From NCBI GenBank assembly GCA_001724265.1, contig MEDY01000292.1, positions 1 through 64,000 of the forward strand: a DNA stretch of 64,000 nt, written 5' to 3'. The notes beneath the pieces are model-generated. The model did not search any database, was not told where the DNA came from, and saw only the letters and a program-made list of their open reading frames with translations. This document shows, in pieces, positions 11,301-23,994 of the stretch. Source of the DNA: Rhizaria sp. SCN 62-66. Lineage: Eukaryota. The first letter of the stretch is position 1; every line of letters begins with the position of its first letter. A program made the position numbers and the translations under genes.

Positions 11301-14300
11301 AGTCGGAAGCGCAAGTCGTCAAAGCAGTGGCTTCAGTAGCGGCAACTGCGGCAGCTACAGACGCAGCAGCAGAGGCAGCGGCAGCGGCAATTTGCGCACC
11401 AAAGACCTTCGAAGCAGCATATGCCACCGCGTTCGTACTGCCGCTAACGCCAGCACCGGCACTGGTCTGACCCTGCCTGACGCCGGGCGTCTTGGCCGCG
11501 GCGTGGATCTGGCTGCGCGGGGTCGCGCGCTGGCCGGCGCGCGATGGCGTGTGCATGTCGGCACGGCGCATCTGCAGCAAGTTGCTGCTCGCAGCAGCAG
11601 CAGCAGCAGCAGCAGCGCCAGCGCTCAAGGCGGGCCGCAGCGGCGAATACATCGCCAGGCGGCGCGCCTGCAACAGGCTAGTCGCAGCGGCAGTCGCAGG
11701 AACGCTGACACTCGGCGCTGTTGCTGTTGTAGTTAATTTCGTGGTGGCAGAACGAGCGCGCTTTGTCATTGGAGCAACATCCGCCTCGTCCTTGAGCAGA
11801 ACAACGTCCTCTTTGCTCGAGGTCGTATTACCATCCTTCATTAGCACAGCATCTTCTGTGGATTTAACTGAAGCCGCGTCGGTATCTTGAAGCAAAGCCG
11901 CGTCGTCACCGCTCTGGCTCTGCTGAGTCGGCAGCAGTAGCGAGTGAGTTGCCTTCGAGGCCGAGCTCTTGATGCGGATCAAGTGGCCTGCGGCACCGGC
12001 GCCGGCATCAGCGCTGGCTGCCGCGTTGAAAGCGCTGTCGAGAGACACAGCCGCGTGCGGCTTCGCTGAGATCGCACTCTGCTTCTTGCTATTGTCAGCA
12101 GAAACGCCCGGGAGTCCATCCTCAAGAACAGCAGCGCTTGCACTGGCAGAAGTAACACCAGTAGTATTGGTACGGTGTGTGTCAGAGTGCGCCTCAGCGA
12201 CTGGTGGTGCAAGCATGACATCAGGCGAGGTTTGCGCAGAAAAGTCATTTAGACTCGCACTGGGGGTACTTAGACTGACGTCTCCATACACCTCCACCGT
12301 CCGGCGCTTGACGCCGTTGCCAATAAGACTCGAATCATCACCTAGATCTTTGACGGGGGTGGTTAGGTTTCTTGGGGCAAACGCGCTCAGGCGCGCAAGC
12401 GACGCGGCGGCCGTGGGCGCAGCAGAGGCAGCCGCCAACGCAGCCTTCTGCGTCCGCTTGCCGAGCCTGAGCGTCTTGAGCGCAATCCGCCGCAGCCTCT
12501 CGGTGCGCGCGCCCGTGGCGTAGGCCAGCGCGACGAGCGCCGCGGCGGCGGGCGGCAGCCGCGCGGGCAGCGCGGGGAAACCAGACTGCGCCGCGTTGCC
12601 GCTGCCGCTGCTACTAACAACGCTAGGGCCGAACTGAGTGTGGGCGGCGTACGGCTCACAACCGAGGGCGGCACCGGTCAGGGAGACAATCGCGCCGCAG
12701 CCGAAGAGCGTGCGCGCAGTCTCCAGCGCCATCGGCACTGACTGTAAGCAGCCGGAGGATCGTGAGCCACTCGCTGACGGAGAGCAGCGCATCAGCGACT
12801 GCGGCAACGACAGGGGATCAGTCACCCAGCAGTACACCGGGGTCGGCGACGGCGCCAGCAGCGCGGCGGCCACGGCGGCGGCGGCCAGCGTGCCTGCGGC
12901 AGCGACGGCGGCGGCGTCGGAAGGCAGCCAGCAGGTGCAAGTGGGGAAGACGAGCTTGCCTTGGGACTGATGTCGAGGCACTGCACCGATAGTGTGACTC
13001 GCAGTAGAGCTTGACGTCTTAGCAGTGTGCTTGAAGGCAAACGACGGAGTCGCTGCCTTCACTGGTGTAAAGGGCTTCGTCGTCGGAGTCGACGCAGAAA
13101 CGGCACCAGCGGCAGCGGCGGCTGAGTTGTGCTTAGACTTGCCTTTGACTGGCGTCGATGCCGCTGACGCTGTTGACACCGGCGGCGATGTCGCTGCAGT
13201 CGCTCGGGTGACAGTGACAGCACAAACGCAGCGAATGCACTGGCCGTGCCAGGCGTCGTCGTCGTCGTCGTCGTCGCTGTCGCCGTCGCCGTCGCGCACA
13301 GCGCTACGACCACGACGGCCGTTGGGAACCGTAAAAACGCAGTTGTCATCATCGTCGTCCTCATCATTGTCATTATCGTCATCGACATCATCTTCGTCGT
13401 GGGGAGAGCGAGCTACACGGGGGGTGTTCTTGCCACTCCGACTGCTAGTGCGTGCAAAGACAGGGCTGGAACCAGGCGTTTTCGCGGAATCTGATCCGTC
13501 ACGCATCGCGCCAGCAGCACAGGCCGCGGCGGCAACGGCGGCTGTGACCGCAATGGAGACTGACGGCGAGAGCGCGGTGGTGACAGATAGCACGAGTCCA
13601 GTGACATCGGCCACGGTCACGCCGCTGCCGCTCACATTGCTGCCAGCATTCACCGTCACATTAGCGCTCGAGCCCGCAGTCGAGTGAGTGTAAGGAGGTG
13701 AGAGCAAGGGTAAGGGGGTGGCGACACGAGGCAGCTTGGTCAGAGCAGTGACTGTGAGCGCAGTCACAGCGGGGCAGGCGCTCACGGTCAGCGAGGAAGT
13801 CAAGCCGCTGCGACTTAACTTATGGAAGGCGCGGAGTGACGCAAGGAACAGAGCGGCCGTGGTCGCAGCGGCCGAGTAAGGACACTTGCCCACAGTCACT
13901 TTGTACGTGGCACAGCGGTCTTGGTCACGGTCACTCATACTAGCCTGGCCACTGTTATCAATCGCTCCCACTGCTGCCGCTGCCGTCGCCGTCGTGACCC
14001 TGAGCAGAGCTGCGACTAAGCCGCTGTCGGTGTTCGGACTCGCACTCGCAGCGCCTGTGGTGCTACTCGAGAGCTTCAGAGGCTGTGCTGCGGTCATTTT
14101 GAATGACGACGCCAGAACGCCGTTCATGGTGACTGTGGGCACCCACCCTTCACGGACACTTAGATCTGAGCCCTAGGTACTTAGACGGGGCAGCGTTGTC
14201 CACACACTGTCTGACATGACGCTTAAGCCAATCGTGCCGGCAGCAACACAGCCAGAGACACTGCTAGTCGCGTTTTGTCCAGCGTTGCTATCCCGAAAGC

Positions 14301-17300
14301 CGCTGTGTCGAGCGAGACACAGAGGCAGCGGCAGCGGCGGTGGCTGCGAGAGCTGACTCAGCCACTGGTGCTGCTGCTGTTGTTGCTGCGGTTGTGGTTG
14401 TTGGTTGCTGCTGGCGGAACTATCGCCCGAGCTCGACTGCCAAGAGCTGTTACCAGAGTAACTGCTGCTGGCGTTAGAGCTAAGGGCGTTGGCAACGGCT
14501 GACGTCAGCAGCAGCGGCAGCGGCAGACCCGAGGTCGCTGCCGCCACCGCAGCCGCACTCGCGGGGGTGATGCTCGGCGCAGCGCTCCCGTCTCCGTCTA
14601 AAGGGGTACTTAGACGGACATCTGGGAACAGAGGCTGGTCGCGGCCGTCCGCCCCCGCCCCCGCCGCAGCAGTCGCGGCGACCAGTTCGGCCAGTGTCAC
14701 GGGCCGCAGTCCGGTCGCCTTGCCACCCTTAGACCGGCGGCTAAGTGCCCCGCCCTGAGACTGCGGGAGCGCGATGGGGGCGCCGAGGCCCAGCGCTGCG
14801 GAGGCGAGCGTGCCGGTGACCCGGGACCAGTGCCACACTGCGGCGGCCGCGGCGGCGACGGTCACTTCGGGCTGGGACCCCTCAGGATGAACAGATGCTG
14901 CTGACACGTCATCACTGGCGCTGCCTTTGCGTTGCAGCTGTGCGGTTTGCTGCGTGGCTGTAAGCAGGGTCTTGCGCCAAAGCTGTTCGAACGCATTGAT
15001 GTCGCCGTCGTCATCGTCAGTGTAGCCCTCAGAGTCGCTGGCGCTGGCACTCGCGCTCGCGCTCGCACTCGCACTTCGCGGACCACAGTCGCACTCGCCC
15101 TCATTATCATCGTCACCGTCACCATCGTTGTCTTTGGCGATGCAACTACGACAGCTTCTTTTCGTGCTTGTGCGCTGCAATTTTGGTGCGGATGGGTTGC
15201 TACGGGCCGCGACTGAGGCTTTGCGAGGCGACATGCCCAGCGCCCGTCGGGCAGCCGCTGCGTAGTGCGCAGCGCTCTCCCTCAGCTGCTGCGCCTGCCG
15301 CAAAGTGGGCACGGCGCCGCCCTGCTGCTGCTGCAGCAGCCACGGCAAACGGCCGCCGCCGCCGCCGCCGCCGCCGCCGCTAGCGCTGGTCCCGGCGCTA
15401 AAACTGGCGCGAATGCCAGAGCTATAGACAGAGCCAGAGCCGGAGACAGAGGCAGAGGCGGAGATGGGGCGGAGACTTAATCCAGAGCTGCTGCGAATGG
15501 TGAAGCTAGAAGTGTTTGTGCTGCTAAAATTCGCGGCACTCGTGTAACCAATCGCTGTGGTCGTATTGCTGCTGAGATACGTCTGGTACTGAAACTGCGC
15601 CGACGCAGACTCAGAGCCAGAGCCGTAGGAGCCGGATTGTTTTAAAGTCAAGCCGGTGATGAGTACCGCGGCGCCCTCGGAGCACGTGGCCAGCAGGACT
15701 GGCGACGGAGAGTACATAGTGACTGTGAGCACCACACCGGTGGGAACAAGCTCACTGCCACTTAGACTCGCATCTAAAGAACTTAGACTGCTGCTTGTCG
15801 CGGCTGGTACAAGAGCAAGCTCGGCAAGTGTGAGCGTAACCGTGGTGCCAAAACGACGGGAACGAGGGTTCAACGCCTCTTCTAAGGTCTCTTGTGCAGC
15901 CACAAACGCCTCAACAGTCCGTGCACTCACACCACCCACATTAACAGCCTTAGAGCTCGAACTTGAGCCAAAGCTAAAGTCACCAGCATTGTCTTCGCTT
16001 TGTCCGCTGTGAGACGACGCGTTCTCGCCAGCGAAGGTGGCCACGGCGGCCTGCAGCCCCGCGAGCCAGGCCGCGTGGGCCGCGGCGCCCCGGCTGGCCC
16101 CGGTGACGCGGTCGCGCACCTTGGCGGTCGTGCGGCGCAGCACCAGCCCCCGCAGCGCCGAGAGCGCGGGCGCGGCCGCGGGCGGCGTGGGCGCAGAGGC
16201 GGCGGCGGCCGGGAACAGCGGCGGATGCAGCGGCAACGGGGGCGCCAGGGAGAGGGCCGCGGAGAGGCAGGCCGGCAGCGGCAGCAGCGGCGGCAGCAGC
16301 GGCGGCAGCGACGCGCTCGAGTGACCGACAGTGGTGCTGACACTAAAGCTCGCGCCCGAGCTGAGATGTGTTGAAAGGAGAGGTGTTGTAATAGGAAGGC
16401 CCAGGGACGCGCTGAGACACGTCAACGCCAGAGTATGCAGACTCTGCTTCACAGAGAAGGCCAACGGGGGCGGCTTGACTTCCGCGACCCCCGGCGTAGT
16501 TTGCGCCACGTAAGGCGGCAGCGTTGTAGCCGTGGTTGTGGCCGCATCGGCAGCGGCCAGCGAAAGCCAGACAAGGACTGAGAACACCGGCAGTGAGTTC
16601 GGGAAGCACTTGCTAGGCTGCAAAAACGACACGACAGACTGCGCCTGTGCATAGGTGCGGGCGCTACTTAGATCCTCCTTGCGGGCACTTAGGCCGGCTG
16701 CAGAGAGGAGCAGCTGCCTCACCGTGTCGGCCATCGTCGCGACGGCGTGCGAGCAGTGCTGCTCACGGTCGCTGGGCCGCAGCGGGGCCCCGCTCTCCGT
16801 CTGGGCTGTATCGCCACCCTTAGACGGGGCAAGTACTCCAGCCGCGGCTTGGACGAGAGCAGCGCGGGCTTGGGCCAGCCATCCTGACCCCGCCGCCGCA
16901 GTGGAAGCGCCAGTGCCAGTGGCAGTGGCAGAGGCAGCGACAGGGGCAGGGGAGTAGGCGAGGGCGGCCGCAGCCGCCGTTGCAACCAAAGCTGACGCTG
17001 AGACGGAAGCTGAAGCTGAAGTGGGCGAGTGCTTTACAGAGCTAGAACTCCCGTTCGCCCCCGTGCTCGAGCTCTGGCTAGGGCTGCTCGATGGCAACCA
17101 AGTGCGGATTGACGACAGATCAACCACGCCCACCGAACTGCTGCCGCCGCTGCTGGCGCCGCTCACCCCGCCGCTGCCCGTCGCCGCCACGGTTACACCG
17201 CTCGCACCGGCGGTGTTTGTCGCAGTGCTGGCCGTGACTGACCCGGGGAAGCTGTACGTGCTGGCGGGCACTGCCATCGCGGGGCGGGTAAGTACCCCCA

Positions 17301-20300
17301 GGCGCGCGTCTAAGGGGGCCGCGCGCGTGGCTAAGTGGGTGAGAAACAACACCGCGACGGAGTTGGTGTTGGGCGTCACGCCGTCAATGTAAGTGCCCGC
17401 CGTGACTAAGGGGGCGAAGTCAGTGCTTACACTGGAAGACCCCTTAGATGCTGTTTCTGGAAGTAATGCGCCATTAGACTGTTGTTTCAGCAGAAGATGC
17501 GCTAATGGATGTTGCGGCAACTGGGGAAAATCAGCTGAAAGGTCGCCGATAATGCAATTAGTGGTGACCGAAGCAGCAGCTGTCATCCCCTTATACGTAC
17601 TCACCAGAAGCTTGTCGCTACTTTTGCTCTCAGGAGGGGTCGGATGTGCCTGCGTGTACCGCTGTAAGCAGGTACTTACTTTGTCTAAGCGGAACGGGTC
17701 GTGGTTGTCCAAGGGCGGCGTGGGGTCAGACGCAGCGACCGTGAGCAGAGCGCTCGCCCCTGTCACAGTCAACCCGCTCCCGCCGCCGCCGCCGCCGCCG
17801 CCGCTCTGGCCCGCGCCCGCGCCCGCACTCGCAGTGCCGCGGCCGCCACCGTGGTAGCTGGTAGGACTCGCTTTGCTGGTAATGCTGCTGCTGTTGTTGT
17901 TACTGTTGCGGAGGCGCAGGTCAGCCTCCTCCTCGGCCGCCCGGACGACTGCAGCGGCGGCAGCAGAGGGGCCCACAGCGAAGAGCTGCGCGTTCGCGGT
18001 CTCGAGCTTAACGCCGGCGCGGATATATAGCGGCGGCTGACTGCGACCGTCATCGCCGCGGGCACTTGTGACAGTGCTCGTGACAGTGCGCGTGCCCGTG
18101 GTGGAACTGGTGGGGTGTTCGGTCGCGGCAGCGCTGCTCACGGTCACTTGCTTGGGACTGAGGCCGAGGCCGGCACGGATCACAGTGAGGAGCTCGCTCA
18201 GCGCCTGCTTACCCTCGCTAAGTGCCACCGCGCCCTTGGACGTCGACTCAGCCTCGCCGCCGCTGTCGGGTCTAAGTCCAATTACCCCCTTGGCCGCGCC
18301 CCGCAACACGAGGTCGTCCTCCCACACCGCGCCCGCCTGTTCGCACGCGCTGATGACATGTCCCAGTGCCCAGAGCCGCTGCAGACTGCCGTCGAGCCGC
18401 GCCGGCACGCTGTAGAGCCCGTCCGAGAGCAGCACGTGCGCGCCGCCGGGGCCAGAACCCGCGGGCCAGCACACCTGGTCCGAAGTCAGGCGGCTCAGGT
18501 GCTGGTTAGTCAAGCCACCCCCGCCGCTGAGGCCTTGATCTGCGCTGAGACTGAGGCTGTGGCTGCCGCTGTGGGTGTTGAGAGCGGAGACGAGGGGAGC
18601 CAGCCACGGCGGGGGCAACCACGGCAGCTGGTTGCTGCTGCCGCCGCCGCTCGAAAAGCCACTTGAAGCAACAGCGTTGATGTTGTTGTTGCCCGCTGGC
18701 GTTGCGTGTGAGTGCGCCTGGAGCTGCAGCTGCGACTGGAGCCCGGGCTGCAGCGACTGCTGCGGCGGCGGTGGCGGCGGCGGGACGAGCGGTGGGTACG
18801 CGTGGGTCACGAGTAGCGCCACGCGCGCCGTGCTGCTGGCGTCCTTCTCGCACATGTCGCGCACCCACGACCTCGCGCCCGGCCGCGCCACCGACTGCAG
18901 GGGGCCGTGGGCAGCGGCAGAGTGACTGTGGGCAGATGCTGTGGTCGAGGGAGCGTTCTTGTCGAGAGAGGGAGCGTCGGGAGAAGGACTGTGCGCAGGG
19001 CAGCTGTACCTCATCAGGGGGCGGCTTAACTTCACGCCGACCGGGGTCATCACCGTGGCCACTGCGGCAGGCGTGCGCAGCGTGACTGGAGCCAGGGGCA
19101 GCGGGGCCAGCTCGGCGCGTAAGCGGCGTAGCAGGAGGACCAGGATGCGGCTCGGCGTCAGCGCACGCATATACACCTCAGTATGTGGGCGTGGGGAGTG
19201 ACTGTCAGAATGACTGTGAGCATGAGTGGGGCCCAAGTGACTGTGCACGCGGTCGGCGGCCGCGGCCTCCCACACCGCCTGAGCGAAGGCCGCTCGCACC
19301 CAGGGAACAGTGACTGCGCTGGCAACCTGGGGGGCCAGCGGCCTGACTACAAAGACATCCGTGTCACTCTCAGTACCCGTGGGGCTCTTGTTCTCGAGAG
19401 TGACGCCGTGTGAAGCAAGGTTGTGCAGTAAGATGTAGAAAGTTCGCCAGTCAGAGTACTGCAAGGGGGTACTTACTGCGTTTAAGTACCCGCACTCAGC
19501 AGCACCAGTACAAAGCACTGAGCATGTCTCTGACGCCACCAATGTGTGGTCTTGCGCTGCTTCGTCATCGCAGTCTGTTGCTGACGCTGCTGTAGCTGTA
19601 GTTGTGGGTGTCGATGTAAGTACGTCAGACAGCAGAGGTGTAAGTGTCACCCAAGGCAGCGCGATCTGAGTCGGACTTGTCGCAATGTCGTTCGACGCAG
19701 AGGTTAAGCCGTGGTCCTCCGAAGTCAAGCCGCTTCCGAGAGCGCAGAGCGCAGCGAGAATGTCCCTCGTCTCAATGTCGCTTTTAGCGTCAGTTCCGTC
19801 CGAGTCCGAGTGACCGTGGTCGGCGAACACGGCCCGCCACACGGCCGCGGCCTGACTTTGATTCGGGCGGTGCGGCCACGGCGCCAGCAGCGTCGCCTGG
19901 GCGCACAGCGTGACGGTGCGCAGGTGGTGCCGAATGTTCCACAGGGACACCGACGCGGCTAAGGGGGTGTACAGCGGGTAAGGGCAGTCCGCGGTGGAGG
20001 AAACGCTAGAACCCGTTGCAGCGGCCGTCGACACTGAGGCAGCGGCGCATAGACTTCGACTGGTGTAAGTAGCCGGGATCGCGGAGAAAGGGCGGCGGCG
20101 CAGAAGCGATGCAAACTGGCACGCGCGGCACTTACACAGGCTAAGTGTCTCCACCTTAGACCGGTCTGAGTAAAGGCAAAGACACAAGTACGGTAGTTGC
20201 TGCTGCTGTTGTTGTTGCTGCTGAAGCGACTGCTCACAGTCACTTGATGGCCTTTGCGGGAAAGGCAATGGCATGCCTTGTGAAACGCCGTGAAAGGGGT

Positions 20301-22974
20301 TTCCACCTCCACCAGGAGTACTTAGAGTCCCAGACAGCGCAGCCTTAGACTTCAATTGCGCCGTGTGAGCGCCCAGAAGCAGCGCCTGGGGCTTAGAGCC
20401 ACGAATGAGAGGGTTATAGCTGCCACTATCATCGTCATCATCATCATCACCGTCGTCGTCGTCATGATCGTCGTCGTCGTCATCGTTGTCATTACTGCTG
20501 CTGGTGCTAAACGAGCGTTTGACTCCACCCTTCGCACCCATCGTGCTCAGAGTATGTGACAGATGCTGCTGCTGCAACAGCAGCGGCTTAGACGGCGTTC
20601 GACCATAGCGTCCGCCACTTGCACCAGCAGCAGAAACAAGCGTGAACGGCTTCGAAGTCAGCGCAGGTGCCCTGAAGATATTGTTGCTGTCGTTTGTATA
20701 GGCGCTCGCGTGAGAAAAGCGTGACTGCGTCGCTTGCTTCTTGACTGGGGTGTTAAAATGACTACTGTTGGCAGTCGCTGTCGCCGGAGGGCTACTCTTG
20801 CGCTGCAGAAACTGCTGTTGATGCTGCTGTTGTTGCTGTTGAGTCGTGTTGTTCATGCTAGCGAGACTGTGTGCACTGGTAAAGATAACACCGCTTGAGC
20901 TCGAGCTAGAGCTAGAGCTAGCGTTGTTATCACTAGTGTAGTCGTCGCTCATTTCCGCCATAATACGGGCTAAGCGGTTTTTCTTTTCATCGGAACTCAA
21001 GCCGGCACTCCCTGTCCCAGAGGATAAGCCGCCTGCGCCGGAAAGCAAGCCGCCGCGGCCAGTCGTGAATGTGACACCGCTACTCTGAGCGCCGATGCTG
21101 TTCGCGCCACTGCTATTGTTGTTGTTGCTGATGTTATAGGTAAAGTTGCGAGCAGTCGTGAACACAGCGCCTCCTGAAGTTCCAGTAATTGCAGCAGCTG
21201 CTGACGATGATGACGATGATGAGCGGAGACTTGAGGCGGACGCAAACAAGGGGTCTGGCGAAGGCGCAGTGGTGGTGACAGTGCTACTTTGATTACTCAT
21301 GTCCGTGTTTGCTGCGCTTGCAAGCTGTCGAGCACTCATGAACAAAACACCACCATTCGAGCTCGAGCTCGCACCTGCGTTCGCACTAGAGCCGCTACCG
21401 CTGCTGTCAGTGTCACCGTCATCGTCGTCAGCGTCAAAGGAAGCGAGCAAACGGGCAAGCCTGGCCTGTTTCGCTGCGTCGTCAGCAGTTGAAGAAGATA
21501 AGCCGCCGCGCCCGGAAGCTAAGCCGACACTGGAGGGCGCAGCCAGTGGCAGTCCAGTCCTTGCCGAGGTAAAACTGGCGCTGCTTGGAGTAAAGCTATC
21601 ACTGCTTGAAGCAAAGCCGCCTGTGGTGGCTGAAATTAAGCCGCCACTTTGAGCCGCCAAACTCCGAGCAGAAGCAAAGATCACACGACCTGAACTCGCA
21701 CGAGCGCTGGCGTTCACAGTCGCATTCGCGTCCACACCCGCGCTCGCATTGCTGACGCCGCGAGTGCAACTTGTGGTGCTGGTGTTAGAGTCATCATCGT
21801 CAGTGTCGAATGAGGCCATAAGACGCGCCAACCTCGCTTTCTTCGCTGCGTCCTCACTGTCGCTGGAAGCTAAGCCGCCGCGGGAGGGCATAGGCAGAGG
21901 CAAGCCGGTCCTCGCTGATGTAAAGATGCTGCTGCCGCTCAGAGCAAAACCGCCGCCTAAAGGCGAAGTCAAGCCGCCACTATGCGGAGCTAAACTGCGG
22001 GCGGAAGCGAAGACGACACCGGTGGCGGGAGCATTGGCACTCGCATTGGCATTCGCATTGGCATTCGCACTGGCGCCTGCAACAGAGCGTGCCGTAGCAG
22101 TGCTGGTGCAGTCTGTGTCGGCGTCTGTGTTTATGTGTGTGTCGTTGGTGTTGCTGTTGTTTAGCATCTGCCTTGCACTCATAAACACGACACCGCCTGC
22201 AGGAGCAGTGGGATTAGCAACGCTGCTGATGTTGCTGTTGCTGTTGTTGCTGTTGTTGCTGTTGTTGCTGTTACGACAAGTGCGACTGCTGCCGCCACTG
22301 GTCATATCGTCGTTGTCGTCGTTGTCGCTATTGTCTGATAGTTTAGCAAGGAATGCGCGCAAACGGGCTTGCTTGGCAGCCTCATCAGCACACGCACTCG
22401 CACTAACGGTGGCACTAGGCCTAACAGGAGCAGTATTGTCAGTTGTTGATGTGTCTGCGATAATGTTCGTGTCAGCGGCTGTGTTTTGCGCATGCATAGC
22501 GCGCGCTGATGAAATGAAGACGCCACCCTTGCTCGCAGCATCAGTAACAATAGCAGGAGCTGTCGCAGCGTCGTCATCTGCGAACATCGCCGCCGCCCTC
22601 TGCCGCGCCAGTGCCGTCACGGCCACGGACACGGGGCGTCCGCGGCCGGTCGTAAAGAGCGGAAAACTGCCGCTGTCAGCGGCACTAAAAGCAGGCGCAG
22701 TCGCAAGTGCTGCGGAGTCCGAGTCAGAATTCAAGGAAAAGGCTGAGGCAAAGGCTGAGGCGGGGGGCAAAGGGGGGCCATAGGGAACGGAAACTGGAGC
22801 CGCTAGGGGCAACAGCGGGTTATCAGTAAGACTTGTCGTGTCTGTAGCCGCTTGTGCCTGCGATGTTGCATGTTGGGTCTGTGCTGACGCAGGGGAGGAG
22901 GACCGGCGCCGGGCGTAGATGCTCCCGGGACGCTGTGACATCGGCCTGGACGAAAACGGCGACAGAGAAGACAT
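8368..22974 (-). CDS. BRCA2: BRCA2 homolog, ~4868 aa, read through one in-frame TAG (14173-14175)
   Basis: ORFs 14173..22974 and 8368..14142 share a frame: ...L S T TAG G S D L S V R E G W V P T V T M... BRC-like repeat FTTGRGRPVSV...AAAMFADDD plus many FxSAR motifs. Helical/OB1 motifs WVRAAFAQAVWEAAAADR, RSWVRDMCEKD..ARVALLV, LLSDGLYSVPARLD, AGVKL, LATRAAPLDARLG. OB2-like LTVTMYSPS..LATCSEGAAVLITGL. Possible OB3 strand VYCWVTD lies downstream of the TAG. Ends TAA. Confidence 0.85.
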
Positions 22975-23994
22975 ATCGAGTCATGTGAGTATTTAATAAA
23001 GAGAATAAAAGTTAAATATACCGATAAATGTGGTAATCGTATCCTAGATCTATAGACGGTCATTTGCCAGAGAATTCAGCGGTATGAAGTCATCCCTCAA
23101 AGGCGCGCTGTGAACGCAAGATTGACCATTGGTGACTGGCTCGAAATGCATCTGAGAGTGTAGACAAGTCTATCATACCTCCACGGGTACAAAAATTGAA
23201 TACCTTAATCCTTTTTTGCATGAAATTATTTTCTAAGGTTCCGCAACGCCCCTCTTTTGCATAAAGCTTCATGTCTCATGGTTTATGTCGCAAAGTAGAC
23301 TTTGACCACCTTATTTAAGGCGAATGCAGCTCTCATAAACCAATGTAACAGACTGGCATCAAGAATCCAGCGCTGCAACCTACACTGTATAACACATAAA
23401 ACTTGCTGATATGCTTGATTTTTCATCCAATCTCAATATAAGATCATGAATGACACTTTTGTCTAGCGCAACTTTTTGTGGTCAGAATTGAATATGTCCA
23501 TACAGTAAGTGTAACAAAGCTGACGACATAAAATACTCTTGCAATTGACGTCTCATGTTTTAGCGTGTTGTTTTTCAGACGTAACATGTGTAAAAATAAC
23601 TGTATCCGCTTGCTCTACTCATCCGAAGTAAGATCATTACGACTTTTCAAACTGTGGTAAGTACTTAAAATGCAGAATATCTCATCAGAACAAAAGTTAT
23701 AGCATAGATCTACTTAAAGAAATGTACGTACAGTAGTTTCCCGACTGCTGCCTAACTTTTTTCTAAATATAAAAACATCTCGAGCTAGAAAACGCAACTT
23801 TTTTACTCTTCCTCAAACACGCGCACAAGCACGCGTCGCCGAGGGATGAAGACTGTCAAAGACCTCAAGCTAGTCAAAAGTATCATCACTTGCACATGCC
23901 TCATAGTATCGTGAAACGTTACTGCGACCTGGCCTTTAAATAATATTGTTTATAAAATACTTGATTGTTTTTGTCATTCTTCATTTTAAAGAGA

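Noticed and set aside
14166-14180. Tiny GT-AG introns removing the TAGs (a 15-nt GTACCTAGGGCTCAG is possible at this site)
   Set aside because: No consistent frame-preserving micro-intron was found at the other sites examined (e.g. 13 nt at 61588), and modelled introns are 100-233 nt and AT- or pyrimidine-rich. Not formally excluded without RNA.
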